NCBI GenBank assembly: GCA_964291315.2
Contig: OZ219753.1
Coordinates: 1,856,001 to 1,920,000, forward strand
Source: Candidatus Poribacteria bacterium
Lineage (GTDB): Bacteria; Poribacteria; WGA-4E; WGA-3G
Length of the DNA stretch: 64,000 bases
Direction: 5' to 3'
Made by a program: the position numbers and the translations under genes. Within the stretch, counting starts at the first letter, position 1; the number at the start of each line of letters is the position of its first letter. Positions 39,751 through 49,900 of this stretch are shown piece by piece. Under the pieces are notes generated by a model. That model had not been told where the DNA came from. It did not search any database and saw only the letters and a list, made by a program, of their open reading frames with translations.

Positions 39751-42700
39751 GTGATAGACCTTTTACGCAATATAGATAATTATCAAATACTTGTATCACG
39801 CCTCAAAGAGGGTAAAAAACTCCCATGGATCAGAGGACTGGTGAACGCATCTACTGCCTACCTTCTAGCAACATTGATTGACGATTTTCCAGAAAGATCC
39901 TTCCTAATTTTGCTCCCCTCACAGCGTGAAGCCGAACAAATACTCGAAGAAATCTGTACATATCGCGCATATCCCACGCTAGAGAGCACCCCCACACCTA
40001 ACGCCTATCCTGAACTTAATTTCTTTCCAGGATGGCACCGCAAATTCGTTGAAGGGGTCGCACCCTCCAAAAACATCACCACCGACAGAATGCGATGCCT
40101 CGACCGTTTGCTGCGTCAAGAACGGACCGTTATTGTCACAACAAGTCAAGCCCTACTCTATAAGCTGCCCTCACGCAAGCACCTCGCCGCCGCCTGCCGC
40201 ATCCTTAAACTCGGGGATGAAACCGATCCCGACACCATCGCCCTTGCCCTCAGGCGCGGCGGATACCAGAACGTTGAACTTGTAGAAGTCAAAGGACAAT
40301 TCGCACGCAGAACAGATATCTTGGACGTGTTTCCACTCACCGCGGACGCACCTGTACGGATCGACTTTTTCGGCGATGAAGTTGATGCTATCCGCACTTT
40401 TGACCCTATGTCGCAACGTTCAACAGAACCTCTCGAATCCGTCACACTCACACCGATCCGAGAAATCTTTGCAGTTGATCCATCAATAGATTATTGGCAG
40501 GCACAAACCGACACCGTCATTCAGCAACACCCCAACCCCAAACTCCTAAACACCGTCCGAGAGATCACAAAACATCTAACGGAAAGCATATCGTCCGGTT
40601 ATGGTCTCGCTGCCGGAGGATTAAACACTGAACTCGGCACGTTCTTACCGATGCTCACCCCGGAAGTCGATAGCCTCACAGACTACCTACACGACGATAC
40701 AATCATTTGCACGATCGAACCACAGTGGCAGAAACGGGATGCAATGCAACTTCACGAAAAAACACAAGAAGTGGTTCAACAAAAACTTGAGGAATCTCAT
40801 TTTGTCGCGCCAGCAGACAAACTCTTAATCCCATTTGAAACGATCGCAGCACAAATAGAAGACTATCCTGTTATCTCCTTCTCTTTAGCACCTCCGCGTG
40901 AGATCTCACACAATGAATTGGCACCGCTGCCTTTTGAAATGAAACCACTCGCCCTGCCATCAGGAAACTATCAAACCGTTATCAATCAAATCAAAACCTG
41001 GAGACAAGAACAAAATAGAGTCCATCTTTTCTGCGAAACACCGCAGCAGTCTAAGCGGGTCTCTGAAATCCTAGCCGAACGCGGATTATTAGATATTAAC
41101 ATCAGTATAGGAGCAATTAGCCAAGGCTTTCTCCACGAATCATTAAACCTCGTCGTTATCTCCGAAGATGAGCTCTTCGGAAATCGACACCACCGTTCAA
41201 TCCGGCGGCGTCCACCAGCAGATGGAACACCCTTACTGAGCCTAATGGACCTAAAGGCTGGAGACTATGTGGTCCACGTCTCTCACGGTATCGCTGTTTA
41301 TGACGGTATCCGCCGATTGGATATTGACGGTAAATCACAGGATTTCCTGGTTCTCAAATACAGTGCAGACGATATTCTCTATGTCCCTACCTATCAGGTT
41401 GATCTGGTTCAGAAGTATATCGGTAGCAAGGAGGAAACATATAAACCGCGCCTTGACCGCCTCGGTGTCCCCGCATGGCACCGCCGAAAAGAACGAGTCA
41501 AAGCCTCAATACAAGAAATGGCCGATGAACTCCTCAACTTGTACGCACTCCGACAAGCACGCAAAGGATATCCTTTCCCATCTGAAGTCCCGTGGCAAAC
41601 CGAGTTCGAAGCCCTCTTTCCATATCAAGAAACCGACGATCAACTCCAAGCCATCGAGGACGTTAAAGCAGACATGGAAAGTGAACAACCAATGGATAGA
41701 CTCGTCTGTGGTGACGTCGGATATGGGAAAACTGAAGTCGCTCTCCGAGCTGCCTTCAAAGCCGTTATGTCAGAAAAACAGGTTGCCGTTCTGGTTCCAA
41801 CAACCATTCTCGCACTTCAACACTACGATACCTTTGAAAAACGTTTCCAGGCTTTTCCTGTCCATGTTGAAATGCTAAACCGTTTTCGAACACCGAAGGA
41901 AATAAAGCAGATTAAGGAAAGATTGGCAAAAGGCACTGTTGATGTCGTGATCGGAACCCATAGCTTGCTCTCAAAAACCGTAACGTTTGACAACCTCGGC
42001 CTCCTAATCGTTGACGAAGAACACCGTTTTGGCGTTAAACACAAGGAAAAAATCAAACAATTTAAAGAGACCATTGACGTACTTACATTGACAGCTACAC
42101 CGATCCCACGAACGCTCCACATGTCGCTTGTCGGTATCCGGGATTTCAGTGTTATCAATACCCCACCCGCAGACCGCTTACCAATTCAAACCTATGTGAT
42201 GCCCTACGACACCGAGATCATCCGGGAAGCTGTCACCGCGGAATTAAGCCGCGGCGGACAAGTGTTTTTTGTTCACAATCGCGTGCAGGATATCCAAAGC
42301 ATTGCCCTAACCGTACAGCAACTCGTTCCTGAAGCACGGGTTGCTGTCGCACACGGACAAATGCCAGAACGTGAACTAGAAAACGTTATGCTTGAGTTTG
42401 TCCGACACAAACACGACATCCTCGTCTGCACTATGATTATTGAATCTGGGCTCGATATACCCAACGTTAACACAATCCTGATTAACCGAGCAGATGCCCT
42501 CGGTTTGGCACAACTCTATCAGCTACGAGGACGTGTTGGCAGGGCAACCGCACAAGCTTACGGCTATCTGTTTTACCCACAGAACCACGCAATTACCGAA
42601 GAAGCAGAAAGAAGACTACGAGTCATCGAAGAATTCACTGACCTCGGCTCAGGCTTTAAAATAGCTCTCCGCGACCTTGAAATTCGCGGCACAGGAAATA

Positions 42701-43251
42701 TCCTCGGAGCAGAACAACACGGGCATATTGTTACCATCGGTTATGAACTTTATTGCAAGCTCCTCGAAGAAGCTGTCATGGAACTCAAGGGCGAAAAAAT
42801 TGAGAAGACTCTCGAAACACGAATCACTTTGCCCATCGAAGCCTATCTGCCCGATAATTATGTGCCAGATAGCCGGCAGAAAGTCTCTATCTACAAAAAA
42901 ATCGCTAGATTGAAAAACGATGAAGGCCTCCAAGAACTCCGCGCAGAACTGCAAGACCGCTACGGCTCTATCCCTGAACCGGTTGAAATGTTGCTTGAAA
43001 TCGCCGACCTGAAGAAAATCAGCAACTGCCTCGGTATTACCGCCATTGTTGCTGGACGCGAACAGGTAAAAGTCACCTTTGATGAGAAAAACCCCAAAAT
43101 TAATCTGAAGAAATTCATTGAAACTGTACACAAAAATAAGAACCTTCAGCTGCAACCGCCAGCACAACTCAAAATCCGGATGCACGGAATGACTGGGGCA
43201 AATATGTTAACTGAATTGCAGCAAACCCTGAAATTGTTTGTGGATATGTAA
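39751..43251 (+). CDS. mfd: Transcription-repair coupling factor
   Basis: GDYVVHVSHGI, CGDVGYGKTEVA, DEEHRFG, TATPIPRTL, QLRGRVGR, DLEIRGTGN. Confidence 0.97.
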   Translation: MIDLLRNIDNYQILVSRLKEGKKLPWIRGLVNASTAYLLATLIDDFPERSFLILLPSQREAEQILEEICTYRAYPTLESTPTPNAYPELNFFPGWHRKFVEGVAPSKNITTDRMRCLDRLLRQERTVIVTTSQALLYKLPSRKHLAAACRILKLGDETDPDTIALALRRGGYQNVELVEVKGQFARRTDILDVFPLTADAPVRIDFFGDEVDAIRTFDPMSQRSTEPLESVTLTPIREIFAVDPSIDYWQAQTDTVIQQHPNPKLLNTVREITKHLTESISSGYGLAAGGLNTELGTFLPMLTPEVDSLTDYLHDDTIICTIEPQWQKRDAMQLHEKTQEVVQQKLEESHFVAPADKLLIPFETIAAQIEDYPVISFSLAPPREISHNELAPLPFEMKPLALPSGNYQTVINQIKTWRQEQNRVHLFCETPQQSKRVSEILAERGLLDINISIGAISQGFLHESLNLVVISEDELFGNRHHRSIRRRPPADGTPLLSLMDLKAGDYVVHVSHGIAVYDGIRRLDIDGKSQDFLVLKYSADDILYVPTYQVDLVQKYIGSKEETYKPRLDRLGVPAWHRRKERVKASIQEMADELLNLYALRQARKGYPFPSEVPWQTEFEALFPYQETDDQLQAIEDVKADMESEQPMDRLVCGDVGYGKTEVALRAAFKAVMSEKQVAVLVPTTILALQHYDTFEKRFQAFPVHVEMLNRFRTPKEIKQIKERLAKGTVDVVIGTHSLLSKTVTFDNLGLLIVDEEHRFGVKHKEKIKQFKETIDVLTLTATPIPRTLHMSLVGIRDFSVINTPPADRLPIQTYVMPYDTEIIREAVTAELSRGGQVFFVHNRVQDIQSIALTVQQLVPEARVAVAHGQMPERELENVMLEFVRHKHDILVCTMIIESGLDIPNVNTILINRADALGLAQLYQLRGRVGRATAQAYGYLFYPQNHAITEEAERRLRVIEEFTDLGSGFKIALRDLEIRGTGNILGAEQHGHIVTIGYELYCKLLEEAVMELKGEKIEKTLETRITLPIEAYLPDNYVPDSRQKVSIYKKIARLKNDEGLQELRAELQDRYGSIPEPVEMLLEIADLKKISNCLGITAIVAGREQVKVTFDEKNPKINLKKFIETVHKNKNLQLQPPAQLKIRMHGMTGANMLTELQQTLKLFVDM

Positions 43252-43353
43252 CCAAAGATCTTCGACCACCGGTTAAAGAGGCTTTTGATGATCACAAGCC
43301 CCTTAACTGATAACCGATAAACAATAGCTGATAACTGAAAGGAAAATTATCAC

Positions 43354-44325
43354 ATGAAAAAAACGATTACTGTTTTTGTAATTGTTGCTGTGACATGCCT
43401 ACTCACATGGCGATACGTTCAGTCTGACGGCCAGGAACAATCCATGGCCGCTGTGGATGAAAGCCACCTGATTTTGGCAACATACACATGGAACGGTGAA
43501 ATGTATCAAATCTCACTGGCACAACTAAACGCCGCAATCGCAGAATTACCCACTTACCGGCAGCGGAACTATCAAAACCGAGCGGACAAAGCCGAGTATC
43601 TTGAGGAATTAATAGATGAACGCCTCAAAATCCACCGCGCTACCGACGACAATTTCGATGTGCTTCCCGAGCACCTTCAGAAACTCGAAGATTACACACA
43701 CCAACTCATGGTTGAAAAATTAACCGAGACTGAAGTCGATGCCAAAGTTGTCTATACTGACGAAGAACTCATGGCACATTATCAAGCAAACCTCAGCGAG
43801 TACGTTGAGGACGCAAAGGCCCGCGCAACTTGTATCTCACTCGATGATGAGACGCTTGCCTACGAAACGCTCGATGCTATTAAGGCAGGAAAAGACATCA
43901 TCGAGATGGCCAAAGAGCTCTCCGAAGCAGGGAAACTTGCCCCCGGCCCCGGCAGCACCGACTCCGAGGACCCCGGCAATACTTACTTTTTCACGAAAAC
44001 CGCTTCTGCACGCTGGTCCGAATTCATTGACGCTGTTTTCGCTCAAGAAGTCGGCGAAATGACAGACACTATCTTTGAAACCGAAGTTAACGATACAGTC
44101 TTCTACCTCATATTCCGGAAAGAGGAGTATCAACCGCAACGTCAGAAGGAATTTGACGAGGTTAAAGATGATGTCCAACGCACCGTTGAACGCGAAAAGA
44201 AACGAGCACGCATCAATCAATGGGTCACAGAAATCTCTGAAAAAGGTAAGTTGAAAACCTATCCTGAAAACATTCCAGAACCACCGCAACCTCAGGAAGC
44301 GGAAACCCAGGAGTCAGACGAGTAG
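43354..44325 (+). CDS. PrsA/PpiC-like chaperone with parvulin domain
   Basis: N-terminal TM, SurA_N-like helices, degenerate parvulin (GKD..EMAKELS...DAVF...GE), KEFDEVK. Confidence 0.75.
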   Translation: MKKTITVFVIVAVTCLLTWRYVQSDGQEQSMAAVDESHLILATYTWNGEMYQISLAQLNAAIAELPTYRQRNYQNRADKAEYLEELIDERLKIHRATDDNFDVLPEHLQKLEDYTHQLMVEKLTETEVDAKVVYTDEELMAHYQANLSEYVEDAKARATCISLDDETLAYETLDAIKAGKDIIEMAKELSEAGKLAPGPGSTDSEDPGNTYFFTKTASARWSEFIDAVFAQEVGEMTDTIFETEVNDTVFYLIFRKEEYQPQRQKEFDEVKDDVQRTVEREKKRARINQWVTEISEKGKLKTYPENIPEPPQPQEAETQESDE

Positions 44326-44394
44326 CCATTCCCATTTTGTGGAAGCAACCCCTTAGCCATAGTACTAAGTGGATAAAAGGAGCTAGAATTAAAA

Positions 44395-45456
44395 ATGTTC
44401 ACAGAAATTATCTCTCCTATCAACAAGAGGGAGGGCCGGAATCTCCATAGCGATCGACGTATCGGGCAAAAACGACTTCCGGTTATCCCCCTACTTTTAA
44501 TCGCGGTCATTGCTATACACCCCGTCTTCTATAGCTGTGGAGACAAAGCAATCGGAGCAGACGGCACGGTCATCGCAGAGTTCGAATGGAACGGCAAACA
44601 GCGCATCACTCTCGAAGAAATGATGCAGGAAATTAGCGAACTCCCAGAATATAAACAACGCCAATATCAGGACAAAGAGGGACTCGAAACTTACATGCTC
44701 CTCATGGCAGAAAGCCGCCTGATTCTAAACCTCGCTCGCGACCAAAAACTCAACGAAGACACCGAAATTCTCAAAAAGGTCCAAGATTATCTTCATGAGC
44801 TAATGGTTAAGAAAATTACCGCACAAGAAGTTGATGATAAACTCGTCTTAACTGAAGAAGACTACCTCCAGTACTACGAGGCGAATAAGGCAGAACACGT
44901 CCGCCCAGCACAAGTCAGACTCATGTGCATCACACTTACAAATAAAGAACGGGCAGACGAAACTTATGCCCAAATTAAAGAAGGCGGAGACATCGCAGTA
45001 CTTGCACAAGAACTATCTGATAAGGGCGAACTCGTCGGGCCCGGCGCGAACCCAGCCAGTCCCGGGGACACCGACTACATTAGCAGGGAATCCTTTCCAT
45101 CCGGCACTGAACCTTTTTTGGATGCTGCTTTCTCTGCAGAAATCGGAGCACTACATGAAGGTGTTATCGAAGTTGATGTCCAAGGACAAAAATACTATAT
45201 GATGTTCCGGAAAGATGAAGCTCGGGATGCTTACCAGAAGCCTTTTGAGGATGAAGACGTCCGTAGAAATGTAGTGCGGAAAGTTGAACGCGAGAAGCGA
45301 GAGGCACTCATGGAAGAATGGATCCACCAGCTCCGCAATCGCGCCGAAGTTAAAACCTACATCGAGCGCATCCCAGAAGCCCCCGCTGAAGAGGAAGCAA
45401 CCGAGGAACCACCTGAAACCGAGGAAACCCCCACTGAGGGCCAACCTGAAGAATAG
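44395..45456 (+). CDS. PrsA/PpiC-like chaperone, paralogue of the previous gene
   Basis: Same architecture (QVRLMCI...GGDIAVLAQELS...DAAF); lipobox-like YSC. Confidence 0.75.
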   Translation: MFTEIISPINKREGRNLHSDRRIGQKRLPVIPLLLIAVIAIHPVFYSCGDKAIGADGTVIAEFEWNGKQRITLEEMMQEISELPEYKQRQYQDKEGLETYMLLMAESRLILNLARDQKLNEDTEILKKVQDYLHELMVKKITAQEVDDKLVLTEEDYLQYYEANKAEHVRPAQVRLMCITLTNKERADETYAQIKEGGDIAVLAQELSDKGELVGPGANPASPGDTDYISRESFPSGTEPFLDAAFSAEIGALHEGVIEVDVQGQKYYMMFRKDEARDAYQKPFEDEDVRRNVVRKVEREKREALMEEWIHQLRNRAEVKTYIERIPEAPAEEEATEEPPETEETPTEGQPEE

Positions 45457-45463
45457 CAATTCA

Positions 45464-45573
45464 TGGCGATTGGCAGTTCGCTACTACAGATTGGAAACCA
45501 CCAGGCCGTAAGAGAAGGCTATTTATCAGAAATCTCTTTAACCAATACTCATTTTGCTAATTGCCAATCGCTA
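45464..45573. repeat. Palindromic intergenic (MITE/REP-like) element
   Basis: 18-bp imperfect terminal inverted repeats TGGCGATTGGCAGTTCGC / GCTAATTGCCAATCGCTA with inner AAGAGA/TCTCTT stem. Confidence 0.55.
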
Positions 45574-45598
45574 TTTATCCCAAATAGGAAGTGTAGAC

Positions 45599-46903
45599 AT
45601 GATTCACCGTATACCTGTCTATCCCTTTATCTGTCTCTTACTTATTGTCAGCGGATTCACCCCGGCTACTGCTCGTACCTTCGATAAAATCATCGCTTAT
45701 GTCAATGACGATATTGTAACCAAGCGAGAAATTGATACCCTAGTCAACCAACGCGCAATAGAGCTCCAGCAGGTTTACCGTTTCACCGAACGCGAGGCAC
45801 GCACCGAAGCCGAACGACAACGCGCTGAACTCCTCGACCGCCTTATCCGTCAAATGCTGCTTTTAGAAGCCGCATTAACACTGCAACTCACTGTCAGTGA
45901 CGCAGAAGTAGAACAATACGTACAAGAATTTAAAAAGAGATACCAGATTGAAACTGACGAAGCGTTTAAGGAGCAGCTAAATAGAGAAGGAATGACTATC
46001 ATCGCTTTTCGTGAACAAGCAGAACGGAACCTTAAAGCCGAAAAACTTGTTATGGGACGAATTGTCCCCCGATTGCAGGTCCGAGAAAGTGAAATACAAC
46101 AATTTTTTGAGGAAAATCGGGATCAATTACCAGTTAAAGCAGACAAAATCCATCTGCGACACATCTTTATCGCATTTCAACCAACCGACGCTGACCGAAA
46201 TGCCGCTAACGCTAAAGTCAGCAAAGCCCGCAATGAAATATCAGCAGACAACGCTAATTTCGAGGAAATAGCAAAACGTTATACCGCAAAGCAAAACTCA
46301 ACCTCCCAAGCCGGAATCCTCATCGAAGCCACAACGGAAGAACTAAGTAAGTTTCCACAGATATTTCAGAACGTGCTGACGAATTTAGAGGCAGGCGAAA
46401 TCAGTGAACCAATTGAAGGTAATGAAGGACTCTACCTTTTTAAAGTCGAAACAAAGCATAAGCAGATGATTAGCTTCCGCTACCTCATTGTACCGCTTGA
46501 AATTAGCACGGAAGCGATACAGGCAGCGCGCGAACGGAGTGTCGAGGTTTTCAAAAAATTGGAAAACGAGGAAGACTTTAATACACTCGTTGTAACCTAC
46601 TCTGACGACGCAGAAACGCGCGGAAACGCAGGGGACCTTGGAGTCCGATCCCTTACCGAACTCAATCCAAAAACCCGTAAAATCGTTGAACCACTCGCAT
46701 CCGGGGCACATAGCAGTCCACATGAAACCGACTCCGGACTCCACATCTTCAAGGTTGATGAACGAAATACACCCGAGCTCAGCGAAGCCGAAAAGCAACA
46801 GATCACTGCTATCCTCCGACAGCAACGTTTTCAAGAAGAATGGGACGCATACACCGACAGCCTCATCGGGAACGCTTATATCCAAATTAAATTGAAAGAG
46901 TAA
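45599..46903 (+). CDS. surA: SurA-like periplasmic chaperone with two parvulin domains
   Basis: DKIIAYVNDDIVT, IHLRHI, GEISEP, YSDD...GDLG, GLHIFKV; directly upstream of lptD. Confidence 0.85.
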   Translation: MIHRIPVYPFICLLLIVSGFTPATARTFDKIIAYVNDDIVTKREIDTLVNQRAIELQQVYRFTEREARTEAERQRAELLDRLIRQMLLLEAALTLQLTVSDAEVEQYVQEFKKRYQIETDEAFKEQLNREGMTIIAFREQAERNLKAEKLVMGRIVPRLQVRESEIQQFFEENRDQLPVKADKIHLRHIFIAFQPTDADRNAANAKVSKARNEISADNANFEEIAKRYTAKQNSTSQAGILIEATTEELSKFPQIFQNVLTNLEAGEISEPIEGNEGLYLFKVETKHKQMISFRYLIVPLEISTEAIQAARERSVEVFKKLENEEDFNTLVVTYSDDAETRGNAGDLGVRSLTELNPKTRKIVEPLASGAHSSPHETDSGLHIFKVDERNTPELSEAEKQQITAILRQQRFQEEWDAYTDSLIGNAYIQIKLKE

Positions 46904-46910
46904 GAAATAC

Positions 46911-49900
46911 GTGAAAAAAAGCCAGTCCGATCTGTCTACCTATTACCAACAGCCCTCTCGAAAAAAAAGGCACGCAGGGACAGGAAACAAGGCATCGCGC
47001 CGACTTCTCACGCTTGCTAACCCGCCCTCAATCGCCGTCATAGCATTCGGCATTTTTACCATTTTTTTATACCTCCTTTGGCCCTTACAACCGCTGGGCG
47101 CCCAAGACACACCACCACAAGAACAAGTACCTGCTGATGCAAAAACACCGAATGCTCCAGATAGCGAGCCAGACGAAGATACCCCCACTGAACGCCTGAA
47201 CCCAGAAACAGATGTTCCTGAAGAAGGAACCGTAATCGGTGACGGGGACAATGTATCAATGCTAGATAATTTTGTTCAAATTCACGGCAACGCCCTCGTC
47301 AAATATGGAGACGTCATTCTGCAAGCCGACCACATCTGGGCCGACTTCGACGATAACTTGATGCGCGCCTCAGGCAACGTTCGCCTCAAAATCGGTGACG
47401 AAGAAACCTACTCCGATGAACTCGTCTTCAATCTCGAAACAAAAAAAGGAATCGCCAGAAATGGATTTACCTACAGCGACCCTTGGTACTTTGGCGGCAG
47501 CGAAATCTTTAAAATAGAAGAAGATAAATCTTACGTCCGCGGAGCAACACTCACAACCTGTTCACTCGAACACCCGCACTACTACTTCAGCGTTTCCGAA
47601 GTGATCGTCCGAGTCAATCAAGAGTTGATTGCTAAGAACATTGTGCTACGCATTGGCGGATTTCCGCTCTTCTATTTTCCAGCTATTCGCCGGGACCTAC
47701 GAAAAGGAAAAATTGCCAAGATTATCGTCAAAGTCGGCACAGATAGTTACCAGGGCCCCTACATCAGTATTATCCAGCCGCTTGCCCGCAAACGGCGCTA
47801 TGATGCAGCACTCCTTTACGATAGAAGCGCACGACGCGGGCAAGGTTTCGGGATCGAGGGAAAGTACCGCTTTCGAGACACCCAATTTAAAGAGATACAT
47901 ATCCCTATCCCGCCCGATGCAACACCAAACCAACGCACTAAATTAGAAGAGAAAGCAAACGAATTACAAGACCGACTTGACGGTAAATATGATCGCTATT
48001 GGCTGAAGCAGCTCTTCCTCGAATATAAAATCACCGATGCCGACATTGATAGCGCCAGAAAGCGCGCCGAAGAAATCCATACACAGACCTTAGCGGAGAA
48101 CTCAAACTTTCCACAACTCGCCCAAAGCAATTCCGACCACTCCGAAACCCGTTACGAAGGCGGAGACATCGGGTTCCTCGTGCCCGGAGAAACCGATAAA
48201 GATGGCAACCCCAAACTTAACGCTGCCCTAGAGACAGCCGCATTCACATTGCAAGAAGGTGAAATTAGCCCCGTTATACAAACAGAATCGGCTTTCCATA
48301 TCCTCAAAGCCGATCAGGTGGTTGACATTTACGGCGAACGTGAGGTTAGACTTCGCCGCATTGACATCAATATTACCGCAAGCAACGAAACCAAAACGAT
48401 GCTCCGTGAACTAGCAGATGACCTGCTACAACGTGCTCACGAAGGCCAACCCTTTGAGGAACTTCTGCAACGCGCTAATACCCTCTCTGATTTTGTTCAA
48501 GCCACCTTGTCTGAGGTCAATCAAAAACAAGGACTGCCCCTAAATGAGATGGATTCCTCTTGGCAGTACTCCATCAGACGTATGGAAAACCCCGGCGATG
48601 TTACTGAACGCCGCCCCGTTTCCACACCTGAAGGACTGTACATCTTCCAATTAATTAAGAAAGAGGAAACACCCACTTTTGAAATCCTCGCCGAGGAATT
48701 TCAAGCAGAATGGCAGACGTTTTACGAAAACATTATGAATCCAGTCCCAGAGGACGATGAAAAAAATACCGATACACAAAAATCCGAGGATGGAGATGCA
48801 GAAGAAGCCGATGTGACACCCGATGAACCGGAACAAGGACATGTATCTGACACCGCGCAGGCAACTGAAAATGCAAAAAAAACAGAGGCAACTGCACCGG
48901 AAAGTGAGGCCAACGAAAAGAGACAACCCACAAAAACGACTATGCTAGAAAATAATCCAGAACCGGAGACAGAAAACGAAAATGTCATTTCTGCCGACGC
49001 AAACAAGAAAGAGACAGAAACCGAAGAACAGGTCTACAGACAACACGACTTTCGTGGAAGATGGGAAGACCCAAGCCCCGTGGCATCCGAAGCACAAACT
49101 TTATATACGGGGGAACACAGCCGCCGCCCAATTAAAACAAAAAGAGCGTTTCGTCTTATCAAAGTCGATAAAAAACGAGCATACCGCGGGGATCTCTACC
49201 TTTACGGCGCAGACCGCTATTCTTACGAACGGCAGAACGCCACACGAATCGGCAGAAGCTGGATTATGCGATGGGCCCATACCCAATCCTTCTTTACACC
49301 ATGGGATAGCCGAGAAGCCGGCAGACGACCCATTAGCTTCAACGGACGCACAGAATTACGAGCCCTAAATTATAAAGAAGAACTACAACTCCCCGGCGAA
49401 TCTACGCTCAACTCGTTCGGCATACTTACCTACGGCACCGCCTTCTCCGCCTACAGTCCAAACGACCTTGACGATAATGGCAATCTCAGGTTTTCGCGGG
49501 AAACCATCGGAGATTTCACAGGCAGAATCGAAGCTCGACACATTCACGACTTCACGGGCGAAGGCACAGTCTCATTGCAGAAACTCCCACAACTTACTTT
49601 AAACTTCTCGCGAGTGCGGCTAAGCGCCTTCCCGCTCTTTGAAACCCTTAACGACACTATGGTTTCTGCCGCAGAAAAACTCAAAACTGACACCCCATTT
49701 CTCTCAATGTTTACAGTACCAACCCTCGAAAGCACCAGCCTCGATTTAGATATTGAGCTCGGAAACTTCTTTAGAGAAGTCTTTAACGGTAAAGCCGGCG
49801 AAGAAAGAGATGTATTTCTGCAAACAATGGACCTCGGGTTTGATGTACGCAAACAGTCAACCCTCCTTATCGCCCCGCTCCGTGAACTCCAGCTCAGCCT

